Position numbers and translations under genes: made by a program
The notes under the pieces: generated by a model
The model's database searches: none
The model's input: the letters and a program-made list of their open reading frames with translations, nothing else
What the model was told of the DNA's origin: nothing
Assembly (NCBI RefSeq): GCF_006345805.1
Contig: NC_043000.1
Location: 159,650,001 to 159,714,000, forward strand
Length of the DNA stretch: 64,000 bases
Origin: Octopus sinensis
Taxonomy: Eukaryota
Direction of reading: 5' to 3'
In this document: piece after piece, positions 25,650 through 39,379 of the stretch
Position numbering within the stretch: position 1 is the stretch's first letter
How the letters are laid out: the number at the start of each line of letters is the position of its first letter

Positions 25650-26025
25650 CTTTTACTTGTTTCAGTTATCTGACTGCGGCCATGCTAGAGCACTGCCTTT
25701 AGTCGAACTATTCGACCCTAGTACTTATTCTTTCTAAGCCTAGTACGTATTCCTTTGGTCTCTTTTTCCGAACCGCTAGGTTACGGGTACGTTTACACAC
25801 TAACATTTGTTGTCAAAAGATAGTGGGGGACAAACACAGACACACAAACAGACACACACACACGCACGCACACACACATACATATATATACGATGGGTTG
25901 CTTTCAGTTTCCGTCTACCAAATCTACACACAATAGAATATAGTAGAAGACTCTTGCCCAAGGTGTCACGCAGTGTGACTGAACCCGAAACCATATGGTT
26001 GGTAAGCAAGCTACTAACTACACAG
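25650..26025 (-). mobile_element. SINE family A
   Basis: Reverse-complement match to 17218-17620 with an internal deletion. Confidence 0.75.
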
Positions 26026-26674
26026 ACATGAACTTAAATTGTTCTGGTTATTATAAGAAATTCAGAAATTTGGCGAAATAGAGAACCTCAGCGGCTCTTT
26101 CAATATAATTACAGAAATGTTATTGCTCTCATAACCAGTTTCAAGATAATGCTTTTTTAACAGTCCTTGTATTCTTCATCACTCTGAGTATCAACGTCGA
26201 ACAACCTTTTTACTGCGTTAGTCAGTATTTATTCTACAGCCCGTAATCTTACACAGTTAAAAAAAAAGTATCTTTGTTTTTATACACTTGGTTCAGAGTT
26301 CGTTTCAAAATTGTAAAATAAATTATTTTACTACGAAAAATTGAATTATGCTTTCTGAATTTTCTTGGACTTTCATTCAATCATAAATTTTATAACCTTT
26401 AGAACATGTTCAAAATGAATGCTGACTTTCTGTACTTTCTAACATCGGTGATTCATACTAACTTTTGCTAAATTGGAGACTTTCCATTTTTTATAACTTA
26501 ACTATGCTACAGAATGTATGTCTTGGAGCTATAGTGACTACATTTCGTTCTGCTTGAACTTCGTGTGTGAACGTTTTGCTGTTTTCAGTATTATCAATCC
26601 TATGAGTGTATGTGTGTGTGTGTGTGTTTCTGCATTCGTTACGTCTATAGTAAACCATAGTAAAGAGCATTTTA

Positions 26675-26893
26675 CGCTGTTTTAACGAGCCCACATCTAA
26701 TGAAGTAGCCATCCTTATGGTTGGTGATCCCATTGAAAACCATGATATTCTCATTCGGGTTCAAGATAACAACTTTAAACACGTCTCATAGAATCATCCC
26801 TCTTATGATGCTCTCCAGTATAATCTTATTCTGTGGAATGGACAACATGGGTATTGCTTCAATATTCCTCGAATTGAACCTATAACAGGATAG
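26675..26893 (+). pseudogene. Helitron Rep/helicase fragment
   Basis: RCFNEPTSNEVAILMVGDPIENHDILIR...VS*NHPSYDALQYNLILWNGQHGY resembles the Helitron RFN.PT.NEVA...HxSYDALQYP motifs. Confidence 0.75.
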
Positions 26894-26964
26894 TCAATTA
26901 AAAACAAAAGGTTGTCGTCAAATGACTTCTATTCTTACCAACTGATGTTAATACTAGAACAATC

Positions 26965-27175
26965 AAATTCTTTCTACTATAGACACAAAGCCTGAAATTT
27001 CGGGGGGAGGTGATCAGTCAACACCAGTGTCTCACTGGTTCTTAATTCATCGACCCCGAAAGGATGAAAGGAAAACTTGACCCCGGTGGCATTTGAAATC
27101 AGAACATAAAGACAGGCGAAATACCGCTCAAGTATGTTGCCCGGCATGCTAACGATTCTACCAGCTCGCCGCCTT
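26965..27175 (-). mobile_element. SINE family B
   Basis: GGCGGCGAGCTGGTAGAATCGTTAGCATGCCGGG head on minus. Confidence 0.75.
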
Positions 27176-30014
27176 CCAAAACAATGAAAACAATTATACA
27201 TGTCAATTATTTTCATTTACATGTTTTCTACGTTATCTCAATAACCAGCTATTGTTACTTCAAATACAACTCTACAACTACCAGGTTTCATTACAAGATG
27301 AAAATAGTTTCACACTTTCAATTTGAACCAAAATTAGTCACATGAATATTATAATAAAAAAAAGCTGCTTATTATCTATCTACTAAATAAACTGTTTTTG
27401 ACTCAGCAACTCATTTTTTAGAACTAAAAACCTCGGCAACTGGGTTGGGTCGCACAATTTTGACGTCATTTTCGGACAATATTTTGATTTTCTTGTAATC
27501 TATCACTTTCGTTCAATGTTTCACACATGCGTAAAATTCTACTCAGACAGACATTTATGAAAATGTACGCATGAATATTGCATTAAGATAAGCCGCAACC
27601 AAAGAAATTTCATTAAAAGACATCCATTTTTCTGTTATGAGGAAATAAAGCCCCCCCCCCTCTCTCTCTCTCTCTCTCTCACGCACGAAAAAGATGTATG
27701 CATATGTATTTATGCGCGAAGGTCAAGAATACGCACTTCCGGTGTTTAGGGATATGGTTACGCCGAAAACGGTTGGTGTGCGTATTCTTTACCTCCGCCT
27801 GTTTATGTACTTGTGTATATGAAAGATAATGTGTTTGTGTGAAAGAGAGAGAACACACACACACATATATGCATGCATGTATGTATATGTGTATGCATGT
27901 ATGTATGTATGTATCAATGCTTGTTTTTATGTTCAGTTATAATGAAATAAACTTTGCCTTAATCTGATGGGTTACTCTATACTATTGTAGAGTAGAAAGT
28001 TATTACTCTTAAACAAGAATATTATTGATAATGACTGAGAAGTTTCGGCCAGGTAAGCCCTCGTCTGACTGCTGTACATTGAAATTAATGTTGGCTTTAT
28101 ATAGCCTCTGCTGAGTTGAAATATCCTTGAGTACAGGGTTTCAGTGGAGTGGTATTTAGGTTGTGGTAGAGAGGTGTTTTTAGAAACATCTTTATTGATT
28201 AAAATTTGCGTCGTATAATTGTTTAGAATTTACTCATGCGTGTAGAAATTTGTAAGCAGGTGCGCATGTTTAGGTGTGTTCGCTCAGGTCATGGGACTAT
28301 TTTTTAATGGTTTACAAAAAAAGGAGCTAGGGTGTACCAGTTGTTTTAGTTATACTTGGTTTTATTGGATTTAATTCTTTTCCTTGACAATTTAAATGTC
28401 AAAGTTCTAAGTTAGTCCAGTAATTGAAAACTTTGCAATCGGGGTGTCGTACGTTTTGGCTGCTCAATTCCCTTGTTGTAGCTGTTATTTAGAGTATTTT
28501 CTGTTTGTATTTGGAAGGTGGAGGTAATTAGTCTGGCATGTCATGACGCTGTCAGAAATTTGTTTATCTTTGATGTTCACGAGAGGATATGGGTAGGTGT
28601 AAAGTTTGCTGGTCTCTATGTTTCTCTCTAGGGATCCATTGTTATATAAGCAATTTAATTAATATGTAGAAATTCTAAGCTCAGTGTTTCACGGAGGTTG
28701 AGTTTGTGGGCTGTGTGTTTATAAATATTTCTTCAGTTCTATTTCAAACGTGGGTTTTCTATTTTATATATTATTTTATCCTTTGTACATATGCGAAAAT
28801 GAAGTATTACAAAAAGTGTGTATATGCTCCTGTATAAAAATGGGAATAAAATTTAATTTAAAAAATTTATTAAATTTTTTTAGAGAGAAAAATAGAGAAA
28901 TGAAAAGGAAATACATACTTATGTGTGTGTACATAGGTTTATGGACTTATATTAGAAAACCTATTGTGGGAATTTTTACTTTACATAATCCCTACAGTAC
29001 TTGTTCAGTGTAAAGCTGTAAAAATATTTCTATGTATATTATGGCGATAGTTTGTGGTGTAGGTGGAAGGAGAAAAGTTGGTGAAATATTTACATGTTTA
29101 ACGATTAGAAAAAACTATTGGTTAGAAATGTTTTAGTGTTTTAAGATTTTGTACTTGCTCAGAGCTTCGGAATAAAAACGGTGTATTTTTCTTATTTTTA
29201 ATGTCTATATATATTTGGTTAATGACGTATCACTTTTTTTCCTTTTTAATGTCTATATACATTTGGTTAGTGACGTATCACTTTTCTTCCTCTTTACTTT
29301 GTCAAAGCAGTGTTAAATCCAATAAAACCATTGTCAAAGCAAAACGTTGAAGCCAATAAAACCAAAGACAACTAAAACTACTGGCATATCCTAGACCTAG
29401 TTACATCCACGTTGTGAACCACTAAAAACTATCGCATGACCCCAGGGAGCACAACTAAATATAAACATCTATTTACAAACTTCTACATGCATGAATAAAT
29501 TCTAAACAACAACTCAACTCAAAATGTAATCAATAATTTTGTAATAGATTTATTCAAATGCCAAACTAGTTTCGACAAATTTACAGAGCTTAGGAGAATT
29601 TAAAACAACAAGGTAAAATTCAGAAAAACATGTGTAAACGATCAACTGTCCAAATGTTCACAGATATTTCAATGGGTTTCACAGGAATAGACAGTAATAT
29701 AAGTAAACAACAATGAATCAATAAAAGTTCACGTCTATTATCGATCCATTATATTTCGGTTTGGAATCCATCTCTATCGTATCCGATATCTCCGTTATTT
29801 TCTCGACATCTCTACCACACTCATAACATGCCATTGTCGATCTGCTTCACTTTTACTTGTTTATATACAATGTATTCCACCATGCCGAAGTTATTGAACT
29901 CTCCACTGCTCCCTTGCCCGCTTTAAACAAACCTACCAGCCTAATTCCACTCTCCCTTGACTACACCTTTCCATTCCCGCTCCTTTCACTTAAATCCTGA
30001 AGCATCCTTAAGCA

Positions 30015-30410
30015 GGCGCAGTAGTGGCTGTGTAGCAAGTAGCTTGCTTCCCAACCACATGGTTCCGGGTTCAGTCCCACTGCGTGGCAGTTTGGGCAAG
30101 TGTCTTCTACTATAGCCTCGGACCGGCCAAAGCCTTGTCAGTGGATTTGGTAGACGGAAACTGAAAGAAGCTCGTCGTATATATTTATATGTATATATAT
30201 GTTTGTGTTTGTCCCCCCAACATTGCTTGACAACCGATGCTGGTGTGTTTACGTTCCCGTAACTTAGCGGTTCGGCAAACAGACCGATAGAATAAGTACT
30301 AGGCTTACAAAGAATAAGTCCTGGGGTCGATTTGATCGACTAAAGGCGGTGCTTCAGCATGGCCGCAGTCAGATGACTGAAACAAATAAAAGAGAAAAAG
30401 AGAGAAAAGA
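30015..30410 (+). mobile_element. SINE family A
   Basis: Full-length match to 17218-17620. Confidence 0.85.
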
Positions 30411-32350
30411 GGGTATCCGTAACTCCTAAATCTTACATCCTTATAAGGCATTGCGAAAAACAGTTTTACACGGCCATCAACATCTTACTACGTTCTATGC
30501 AAATTTCCGCTTCCATTCACTCTGGTCAAACAGGTCATCACGACCGTCGTTTTCGCGAACGCGTTCATAGTTTTGCAGTGTGTATGCCAAACCAACTTGT
30601 CACTGCGCACCCCCATCGGAGCCGGCCATTTCGTTTATTAGTATCCGGTGTCTCTGTACAGGATAGAGCCACACAAGAAAGTGGAACGAAGAATGTTTCA
30701 TATTCAGACCCCCAAACATAGCACCAATGGGCTTAAGTTGAAATTTTCCTTTTACTGCTTAACTTATATAGTAATCTTGGTTTCTTTCTCGATATAAAAA
30801 TTAAAGAAGAAAGCTACTTTTCTTTTTATTTCTCTTTCCTTTACCTTCAGTTACCCAATTACTTTCTATTCTTTATTACTACTCATCTAAATAAGCATTG
30901 ACACGTGGTACTGCTTTCCCTATCAGTGACTGGAACTCGCTCAAATACATGTAAAATACTTCTCCTTTTCTCACCAGGTCGTTTCAACCTGAAACATTTC
31001 TGTCCTCGAATCGTCGGAGGCTTTACTCACCGCTGCAAGATTTACTCTTTCCCTCGATTTTCCGCTCTCTCGCTATCTCTTTCTCTTTTTACAACACATA
31101 TATCAATATGTGTACAAGGAGATATGTATGTGTGTGTATGTGAGAGAGAGAGAGAGAGAGTACGTGTTTGTGTGTGCGTGTGTGCACGCGCGCATGTATG
31201 TATATATGCGTGTGTATAACTAGTTTTGTTTGACAATATGAAAGAAAAAGCATTATTATTAATTTTCTTGATATTGATCCTCGTTAAGTTCCGTTAGGTT
31301 AGTACACTTCTGGAATCTCATATCTATCCCGTGGCGTAACAGGTCGCCTTCAAAGACCTCACACTATTAAGTTATGAGGATGTTAACTCTTGAATGTATG
31401 CTGTTGAGTTCTATAGAGTTGTGATCATTTTGTTTGTGTGTGTGTGTATGTAAGCCTGTGCCTTCGTGGGAGAGAGATAGATAGATAGAGAGAGAGAGAG
31501 AATGGGGGTAAGAGGGCTTTTCATCCCGTTGTTGATGATTGACTCTTCTTCGACCAGCATTCCTAGCAAATAATATTTACTCGATGAGGCTAATATGCTT
31601 TTTACAAAAAAATCCATGCAGTTACATTCCATTATTCTGCCGTAGATTTTATATATGAAGCGCGTATCACTGTCTTTGTGGTCTCTTGCCAATCACGAAG
31701 TATTTGGACAGCTATGATCGGGTGAAGATTTTATCATGTTGGTACTTGATATACTATAAAACCTATCAACAGGTAATAGCATAGAATAAAAGAATGGAAA
31801 TTAAATTAAAGTGCGAAAAAGGAATATATGCATCGGTGCAGTAGGAAAATTCAAAGCATTTAGATAACAGAAGATACGTAGGACTCCTGCTATGTGACTA
31901 AATACACATTGCCCTAACCTGCACAGAGACTGAAAGTGAGCTACAACTGTACAGCTGTACCTCTAATATAAAAGATAACATACTTGCAAGCAAATAAGTT
32001 ATACTCGTGTTTGAGGAATTCACATGCAGAAATAAGCAATGATCCCCGTTGAGCCAGGCTTGTAAAATAAACTGGATGATATAGGAAGCAGCCGTTAGCT
32101 TCACTAACAACAAATAGTAGAACTAGGATCATAAATATATAGGAATGCCTAATGGAAGATTCAGGCATCTTTATGCGAATCTCACTGCTTTTTTCATAGA
32201 TACAGATTGGTAACGGTATTTTCGAAATACCGCTGGCAATTAAAAGAGAGTAACACAAGACCACGGTATAAAATGCGGCTTACAAAGCAATCTGTATATT
32301 AAAGAACAGAAGAATTAGATTTCTGTTCAGTAGAGAGCATAGACATATAA

Positions 32351-32515
32351 GCGCAAGCGTGGCTGTGTGGTAAGAAACTTGCGTCCTAACCACATAGTTC
32401 CGGGTTCAGTTCCGCTGCGTGGCAACTTGAGCATGTGTCTTCTATTATAGCCTCACGCCGACCAAAGCCAAGGCCTTGTTAGTGGATCTGATGGAAGGAA
32501 ACTGAAAAGAGCCCG

Positions 32516-32588
<73 letters not shown>

Positions 32589-32930
32589 TATACACCTTAT
32601 ATAAACCTTTCAAACAGAGTGCCCAAATGTAGTAGACGTTGTATTGTTATATCTAAAGTCACAGTAATAAGTGTGGTCACACACACGCACACGTGTGCGC
32701 GTGCGAATCTTTGCGTCTGTGTTTGTCCACCACCACCGCTTGACATCCGGTGTTGGTGCGATTACGTTCCCGCAGCTTAGCGGTTTGGCTAAAGCGACCG
32801 ACAGAATAAGTACCAGGTTTTAAAAAGAAAAGTAGTGGGGCCGAATCATTTGAGTGAAAATTCTTCAAGGCAGTACCCCAGCATGGCCGCAGTCTAATGA
32901 CTAAAACAAATGAAAGATAAAAGATAAAGA
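32351..32930 (+). mobile_element. SINE family A with internal (TA)n expansion
   Basis: Head at 32351-32520 and tail at 32725-32930. Confidence 0.7.
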
Positions 32931-33509
32931 TACCCCACTCGAAAGCCTCTAACGCGAATCTGAGCAACCGCTCAGAGTAACTTGGAGCATCGTGTCATTT
33001 CTATAAATTCTTGTAAAAATTCTGGCACTCACCGGATTTCTGAAAAGGTATTTGTTAAGTCTTTTGACATCGAACATTTCATCTTGTCAGATGAACTTTG
33101 TTCATTTGAATGGCTAGCTTTAAAACGGCGTTTTCACACATTTTCAGAACAATATACTTTGGAACACTGATCACATCGAAAATCCGGCGGGTATAATATT
33201 GTATCTCAGCAACATAAATATATAAAGATACTATTCATGGCTAAGCAAATCTAGTTTTTGAAACTCATGCTATCATAGGCCTTGCATATTATTGGAGTTG
33301 TAGTTCTGGCTCTTTACGATCTACGAGTTCAAATTCCCTCTAGGATGACTCTCTTTCATTCTTGCTGGGTTGATAAAATAAGTACCAGTTAAGAACAGGG
33401 GTCGATTTAATCGACTTACCCCGCCCCTAAAATTGCTGGCCTTGTACCAAAATTTGAAGTCATTAGAAAGGTTGCCATGATCCCGTTTCTAGGGAGTGAC
33501 GCAATAGCC

Positions 33510-33950
33510 TTCACTTGTGTTGTGGAAGGTTTCACTTCAACACATGCAATGCGTTTGGTCTAAAACTCTTCAAATGCACTGACAATCAGCCTTTCCTCGA
33601 CGCTCGTTTGATGCACCATTTTCCTGATGTCGATGCTAGCCTTCTACCAGGCAGTTTTTATAACTCTTCCTTGGCTTGCATTGTCGGTGCTTTACCTAGT
33701 TTAGCTCATCACACACCACTTGTTTTGACATTCCGCTATCCTCCTGCTGCACTATGTAACCAGATCATCGAAGCCGTTTTTTTCAATATCATACTCTCCA
33801 TATTTGACACATCTCATTGTAACATTTCAATATCTGCATATCGTACAAAGGATTCTCGAGAGATTCCCACAAAAGACTGCAAGCACTGCTGGTGGAAATG
33901 TTCCAAACACTGAAGATGACTGCTATATGATATCCAGATCTGGCAATGCT
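33510..33950 (-). mobile_element. Decayed RTE-type LINE C-terminal fragment
   Basis: Minus-strand translation resembles the RTE ORF end (LRW.GHV.R...VVC.ELN.GK....PRK.YK) with many stops. Confidence 0.5.
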
Positions 33951-35149
33951 GTAAAAGAACATCCCGCCACACTAAGTTTTGTACTGTTTTTCTGTTTCTC
34001 TCCCTAGTTTCAATACGTATCATTAGCTTTTGAAACCCCGTGAATGATTTCTTCATTCAGGGTTCTTAACATGGAGAGTACTATGAGGTAATAAACGTAT
34101 CTACGACCTGCACGTTATTGACATAAATGGTAGGTGAATAATTTGGCCTTCCGAGTGCTGGTTAGACACATAACAAATTGTCTTTTTAGCTTTACATTGT
34201 TAATCTGTTATAGACTAATCACAAGCTTCAGCGAAACAGTCAATCAGTATTTATAAGTCTATCTCAGTGTCGATAACGAGACTACGGCCAACTGCCTGCA
34301 GCAAGCCTCTAATTAGAGCAATAGTGTTCTTTGATATTGCAACAAACCGACAGATGTCAAGCAATATTCCTGTTGTTCAATTACACACACATACACACAC
34401 AACACACAAATACATATAATACACACATATATTGACGATATACATATTACATTATATGTACATATAAATAAACGTATATAATGAGAGTGAGTGACTAATG
34501 TAGAGGGAATGAGAGAGTCTCTGAAAAGAGACGATAAAAATGAAAGAAAGGGAGGAAAAAGGAATGATTATAGAAAAAACAATAAATAATCGGTGAGACA
34601 GAGAGAGAGAGGTAGAGAGTGAGAGTGCAGTGGACTACGAACTTTGAGCATGACACCATAGTTCAGTGAGATTAGTTTGATTGCTCAGTTGTGTGTCATG
34701 TCATCATACATCTCTGATCACCTGCAAATTTGGCTGAAATATGTGAAGTGGTCGTTGGCGGGAAGTTTTCATTGGAGAATTGCATGTCAAACATAATCGA
34801 TCTTATTTTACTGATATATTTATATAGAGAGAGCAATGACATTCTCTCTCACCTGACTTCTATAAAGCGAAAGCACACTGGTGGGGTGGGGTGAGTGACG
34901 TAAGAGGTGGAAGACAAGTGGTGAGTGACACACATACACGCACACACACACACACACACACAACCCTTCCTCATCACATACATTTTTGGTTGAGAGAGAA
35001 AGAGAGGGGGAGAGGGAGAGAGAGGGAGCGGGGAGAAAGAGACAAATAATAATGATAAGAGGGAAACAATAAAAAAAGGATTTCGAGTGTGAATTAGCGA
35101 TAAAGGAATTCAAGAAAAACAGATTGAAGTACGTGTGAGTTGGCAGAAG

Positions 35150-35227
35150 GAGAGGCAACAACAATAACAACTGCAGCAAAAGTGGTGGTGGTGGTGGTGG
35201 TGGTTGTCGTCGTATTAGTAGTATAGT

Positions 35228-35268
<41 letters not shown>

Positions 35269-35533
35269 TAGTAAGAGGAGGAGGAGGAGGAGGAGAAGGA
35301 AGTGTAGGAGGAACAACAGTAGAGTAAAGAAAACAGGAAGAAGAAAAATGGATGTAGACGAAAAGGAAAGAAAAGAAGGAAGTACTAGAAGAGAGGGAAG
35401 GAGGAGGTGGAGGAGAAGAAGCAAAAAAGGGAGAACTAGAAGAAAGGAGGAGAGGAAGTGAAGCAGAAGAGGAAGCAAAAACTGCAGCAGCAGCAGTAGC
35501 AGCACTAGTAGTAGCAACAGCAGCAGTAGTAGT

Positions 35534-35568
<35 letters not shown>

Positions 35569-35620
35569 TAGTAGTAGTAGAAGAAGAAGAACAAGAAGAA
35601 GAAGATAATGATGATGATGT
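35150..35620. repeat. Compound trinucleotide repeat tract (AAC/GGT/AGC/AGT/AGG/AAG/ATG)
   Basis: Direct inspection. Confidence 0.9.
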
Positions 35621-36420
35621 TGAAAGAAAACATGCTCACCATATTGATTTATATCATATACAGTGAAACTGCATGCAGTGGTGCGACGAATGCAGGATGC
35701 AGCGGTGCGACGAAAATTTTGACACCTCAAAAATTAAAGGAAAAGTGAATTATATAAAATGGGTCTTCTGCGATGTAATTACGTCAATTTCAACAAACGA
35801 TCTTAGATCAAGTCATCTACAAGACTCGTACAAGTCCACAACCTTTTATTCTTTTATTGATTTCATGAAACTGTCTGACACGTATTTCAATTAACCGCTC
35901 AGAATTTATTGAATGAGGGAATTAAACGATGTTCTCTTCATCTTGGTGCCGTGCGGCGACGGGTGGTTGTCAGAGAATATGCACAGCAAGATCTCCGAAT
36001 CATGTTGAAATTGTTAATATTCTCTAGAGAGTTATATACATTTTGCGAGAGAATATTGATGAGCTGTGGGTTCTTGAAACCTACGCTGTTGCAGTAACTT
36101 GTCTTCATTTCATTAAATGAAGGAACTCTGTATCTGATTAATGGCGGGGATTTATATAATTTTCAATACCAAAATGTGGAACAACATCTTCCGAGACGTA
36201 GGTGTTTGTATAACGTTCTTAAAGTCGATCTTTGCTTTGAAACACTTTTTTTTTTTTCAGCTATCTAATGTATCGAATCATTGTTTTCTGCGCAGGTCAT
36301 TCGAATTGCTTACTGTTCAGTAATGAGCTTAATAGTAACTATGGGGCCGGGCAGAGAAATCTGATGGTTTTTGAGATGGTGGGAATTAAGAAATTATTAA
36401 TATATATTAATGTGTTTGAA

Positions 36421-36635
36421 GCGGTGAACTGGCAGAATCCTTAGCACGCTTACCAAAATACTTTATGGTGTTTCGTCTGCCTTTACGATCTGAGTTCAAA
36501 TTCCGCCAAGGTCGATTTTGTCTTTCATGCTTCCGGGGTCGACAAAATGAGTAATGGTTGAACGTTAGGGTTCGATGTAACTTACTTAGACGTTCCCCTG
36601 AAATTCCCGGATTTATGCCAAAATTTGAAAATATT
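36421..36635 (+). mobile_element. SINE family B
   Basis: GCGGTGAACTGGCAGAATCCTTAGCACG...GAGTTCAAATTCCGCCAAGGTCGA. Confidence 0.7.
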
Positions 36636-37479
36636 ATATATCAATGCGTATGTGTGCATGTGTAGTAGTAGTATTAGTAGTAGTAGTAGTAGTAGTTGTA
36701 CCGGTGGTAGTAGGAGTAAGAGCAATAGTAGAAGAAAGAAAACAATAAGAAGAAAATGGAAGAACACGAAAGGAAAAGAACCAGAAGAAAGGGAAGGAGG
36801 AGGTGGAGGAGTAGGTGTGTTTTGCGTGTGTGTGTGTGTGTGAGAGAGAGAGAGTGCGTGTGTGTGTATGTGTGTTGAAAATGAAAATCTTAAAAAGCAG
36901 CGAAGAAAGGACAACGACGGTAGTGACGGCCGCAATGCTGCTGATAATGATTTGTTTTTTTGCTTATTTGCTACAGGAGCATCGAAGGGGACAAACAAAG
37001 ACAGGTTAGACCTTGTGTAGCTACTTACATCAAATCGGGTGAAGCAGAAGAAAGAAATGATTGGATGAAAAGAATACATGGCATACAAAATATCTGTATG
37101 ATGCAGACCTCCTTGTATAGGAAGGTTATATCTCTTGCCAATAAAGCAACCTTACAAGATCAGCCTGATCAGCAAGAGTACGTGACATCTCGCATGTCTG
37201 GAGCTGTTTTATCAATTCTAACTATTTTCGGCATAGTCACCTACTTTGTGATAAACTCATGAAGGAGAATACTTTACACTCTGTACTCACTTTCATTTAC
37301 ATGCGGAACTTCAAGAAAAACGAGGGTTTGACCGAATAAATAATACTCAACTCTTTCAGCTTCAACTACCATACAATCTCTTTTTTGCCATAGACACTTG
37401 TCAGAAGCTACCTGTGTTTAGTGGCCAGCCTTACTAAACACAGGTAGCTGGGCAACCATCATATTGAAACTAGTCGATA

Positions 37480-37800
37480 CCTAGATCCGTCCTCGACGTA
37501 ACAGTAGTTCATTAAGAAGTTACCTATGTTCGGTCACTAGACGAATTTATGCAGAATGTCTTCATCACTTTGCGCACATCTTGGACAGTCCTGCCAAATG
37601 GCATTTCCGTCCCTAAGGAATTTGTCTTGAACCGGTAGGGTAGTGCACGGCGCTACCTCTGCCAAGCTAAGGACTTCCTGAAGTTGCCCACAACAGTCCT
37701 TAGTCTGAAAGTCCTCCTAAATAGACGAGGCAGTTTATCCTCATTAACTCTAACAGTGTCTCTGGGAATATCACTGATTTAATACGCCACCAGTTCCTTA
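37480..37800 (-). mobile_element. L1/Tx1-like LINE C-terminal zinc-knuckle fragment
   Basis: Minus-strand translation FRKSLAWQ...DCPRCAQSDEDILHKFV*(C)P. Confidence 0.55.
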
Positions 37801-38695
37801 TATATTGACGAATGAAACTTACCCCGGCCAAATTTCCTAATTCATAAAAAAGAATTATTCTCACAACCAGAAGATTAATAACTCTCTCTAGAGACGTTTA
37901 AAATCTAATAGAATAAATGTCCGATTCAGCTTCTTGCCAGTTAAATTAAGGCAGCGAGGTGATAGAATCGTTTGTACGCAGGGCAGAGATCTTTGTGGCA
38001 TTTCATTTGTCTTTAAGTTGTGAGTTCAGATTCATTCTTTTGGAATCGATGAAATAGTATTAGCTGGCTACTGGGGTGGATGTCATCGATTTATCCCCTC
38101 CCCCCAAATACTGGCCTTGTACCAAAATTTGAAACCAATATTACCAGCTAAATTAATTTATTTTAAATACTGTCAGTCTAGTTAAGATTGGATTTCGTGT
38201 TTAACTTCAACCGAGAAAACCAAAGGATATACACGTGGATTACGCAGTAATGTATTGATAATTTCTGCAATTGATTAGCGAGAAAATAGTTGTGGGAAAA
38301 TAAAATACAGGGCAATTGTAATGAAAGAGAGAGAAGTAACAAAGATGAAGTAAAAGAGGATAAATACAGAAAGGTCGTTAATAGATATTAGCAGGAAGAA
38401 GAATTTTAATGTTAGATTTTATAACAAAACACCAACTATTTAAAATTTAATACAGTTTCAGGAATCAATAAATAAGTGAGAGATTCATATTTGTTTGCTT
38501 CAGGCTGAGTAGTTTATTAGAAAGTCCAATATTCGATTAGATTCCTGTTTCTTGCAGTGGAAATATATATTTGTTCCTTTTTTTTCATGTTTATGTCTTT
38601 GTGTGAGAATGATCAAGATGCTTTAGAGCAACCAGTAATTCCATCTTCATCTGCCAATAACTGTCTGAAGTACGACCCCTGTAATCACACATAAT

Positions 38696-38749
<54 letters not shown>

Positions 38750-39379
38750 ACCATCTCACATACACACACACACAGGTACTCACGTACGCACGCACACACA
38801 CACGTACATACGCATACACACATGGAAATCACATTTGCAGAAATTATCGAACTTAAAATTTTACATTTTGCGACTCGAGTTTTATTTATTTATTTTTTGT
38901 TACAAATTTCTGATACTATCATTCAATATAAACTCATTATAGAATTGTTACCATTTTCAGTGACTGTATGGGATTGCATGGAGTTGGTACAGATAACACG
39001 AGCATCTCGTTCGATTCCTCGAAAGGTGAAAGCAAAGTTGACCTCGGCGAGGTTTAAACTCAGATTTAGAACACATATTGCAAGGCATTTTAACCAACAA
39101 TCTATCAACTTTGCTATTTCGCCCACTTCATTAATATTAATGAGAAACATAATTAAACTTTGCCTTCATATAACCCTTTTTTTAGCAATGAATTTTCACA
39201 AGCTTAAAAAGTTAGAAAATGGAAATACCTCCGCCATATTCTTCGTGAAGCTTTTGTTATTCTTCGTGAATCTCCTTATTCTAATTGAACCACTCTTAGT
39301 ATTTCCGTTTTCAAATGTCCAGAATTTACTAAGATGCGTTGTACATATTTTATTTGAAAGCATCTCAGGTATTCGTATG

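Noticed and set aside
30497-30721. ORF ending TKNVSYS, resembling a Helitron helicase C-terminus
   Set aside because: The similarity is limited to a few residues.
35215-35730. 171-aa poly-Leu ORF
   Set aside because: It is a product of the compound trinucleotide tract.
36977-37004. 28-nt plus-strand exon-like segment (TTTGCTACAG|...|GTTAGA)
   Set aside because: It has splice-like ends only, with no recognisable protein or partner exon.
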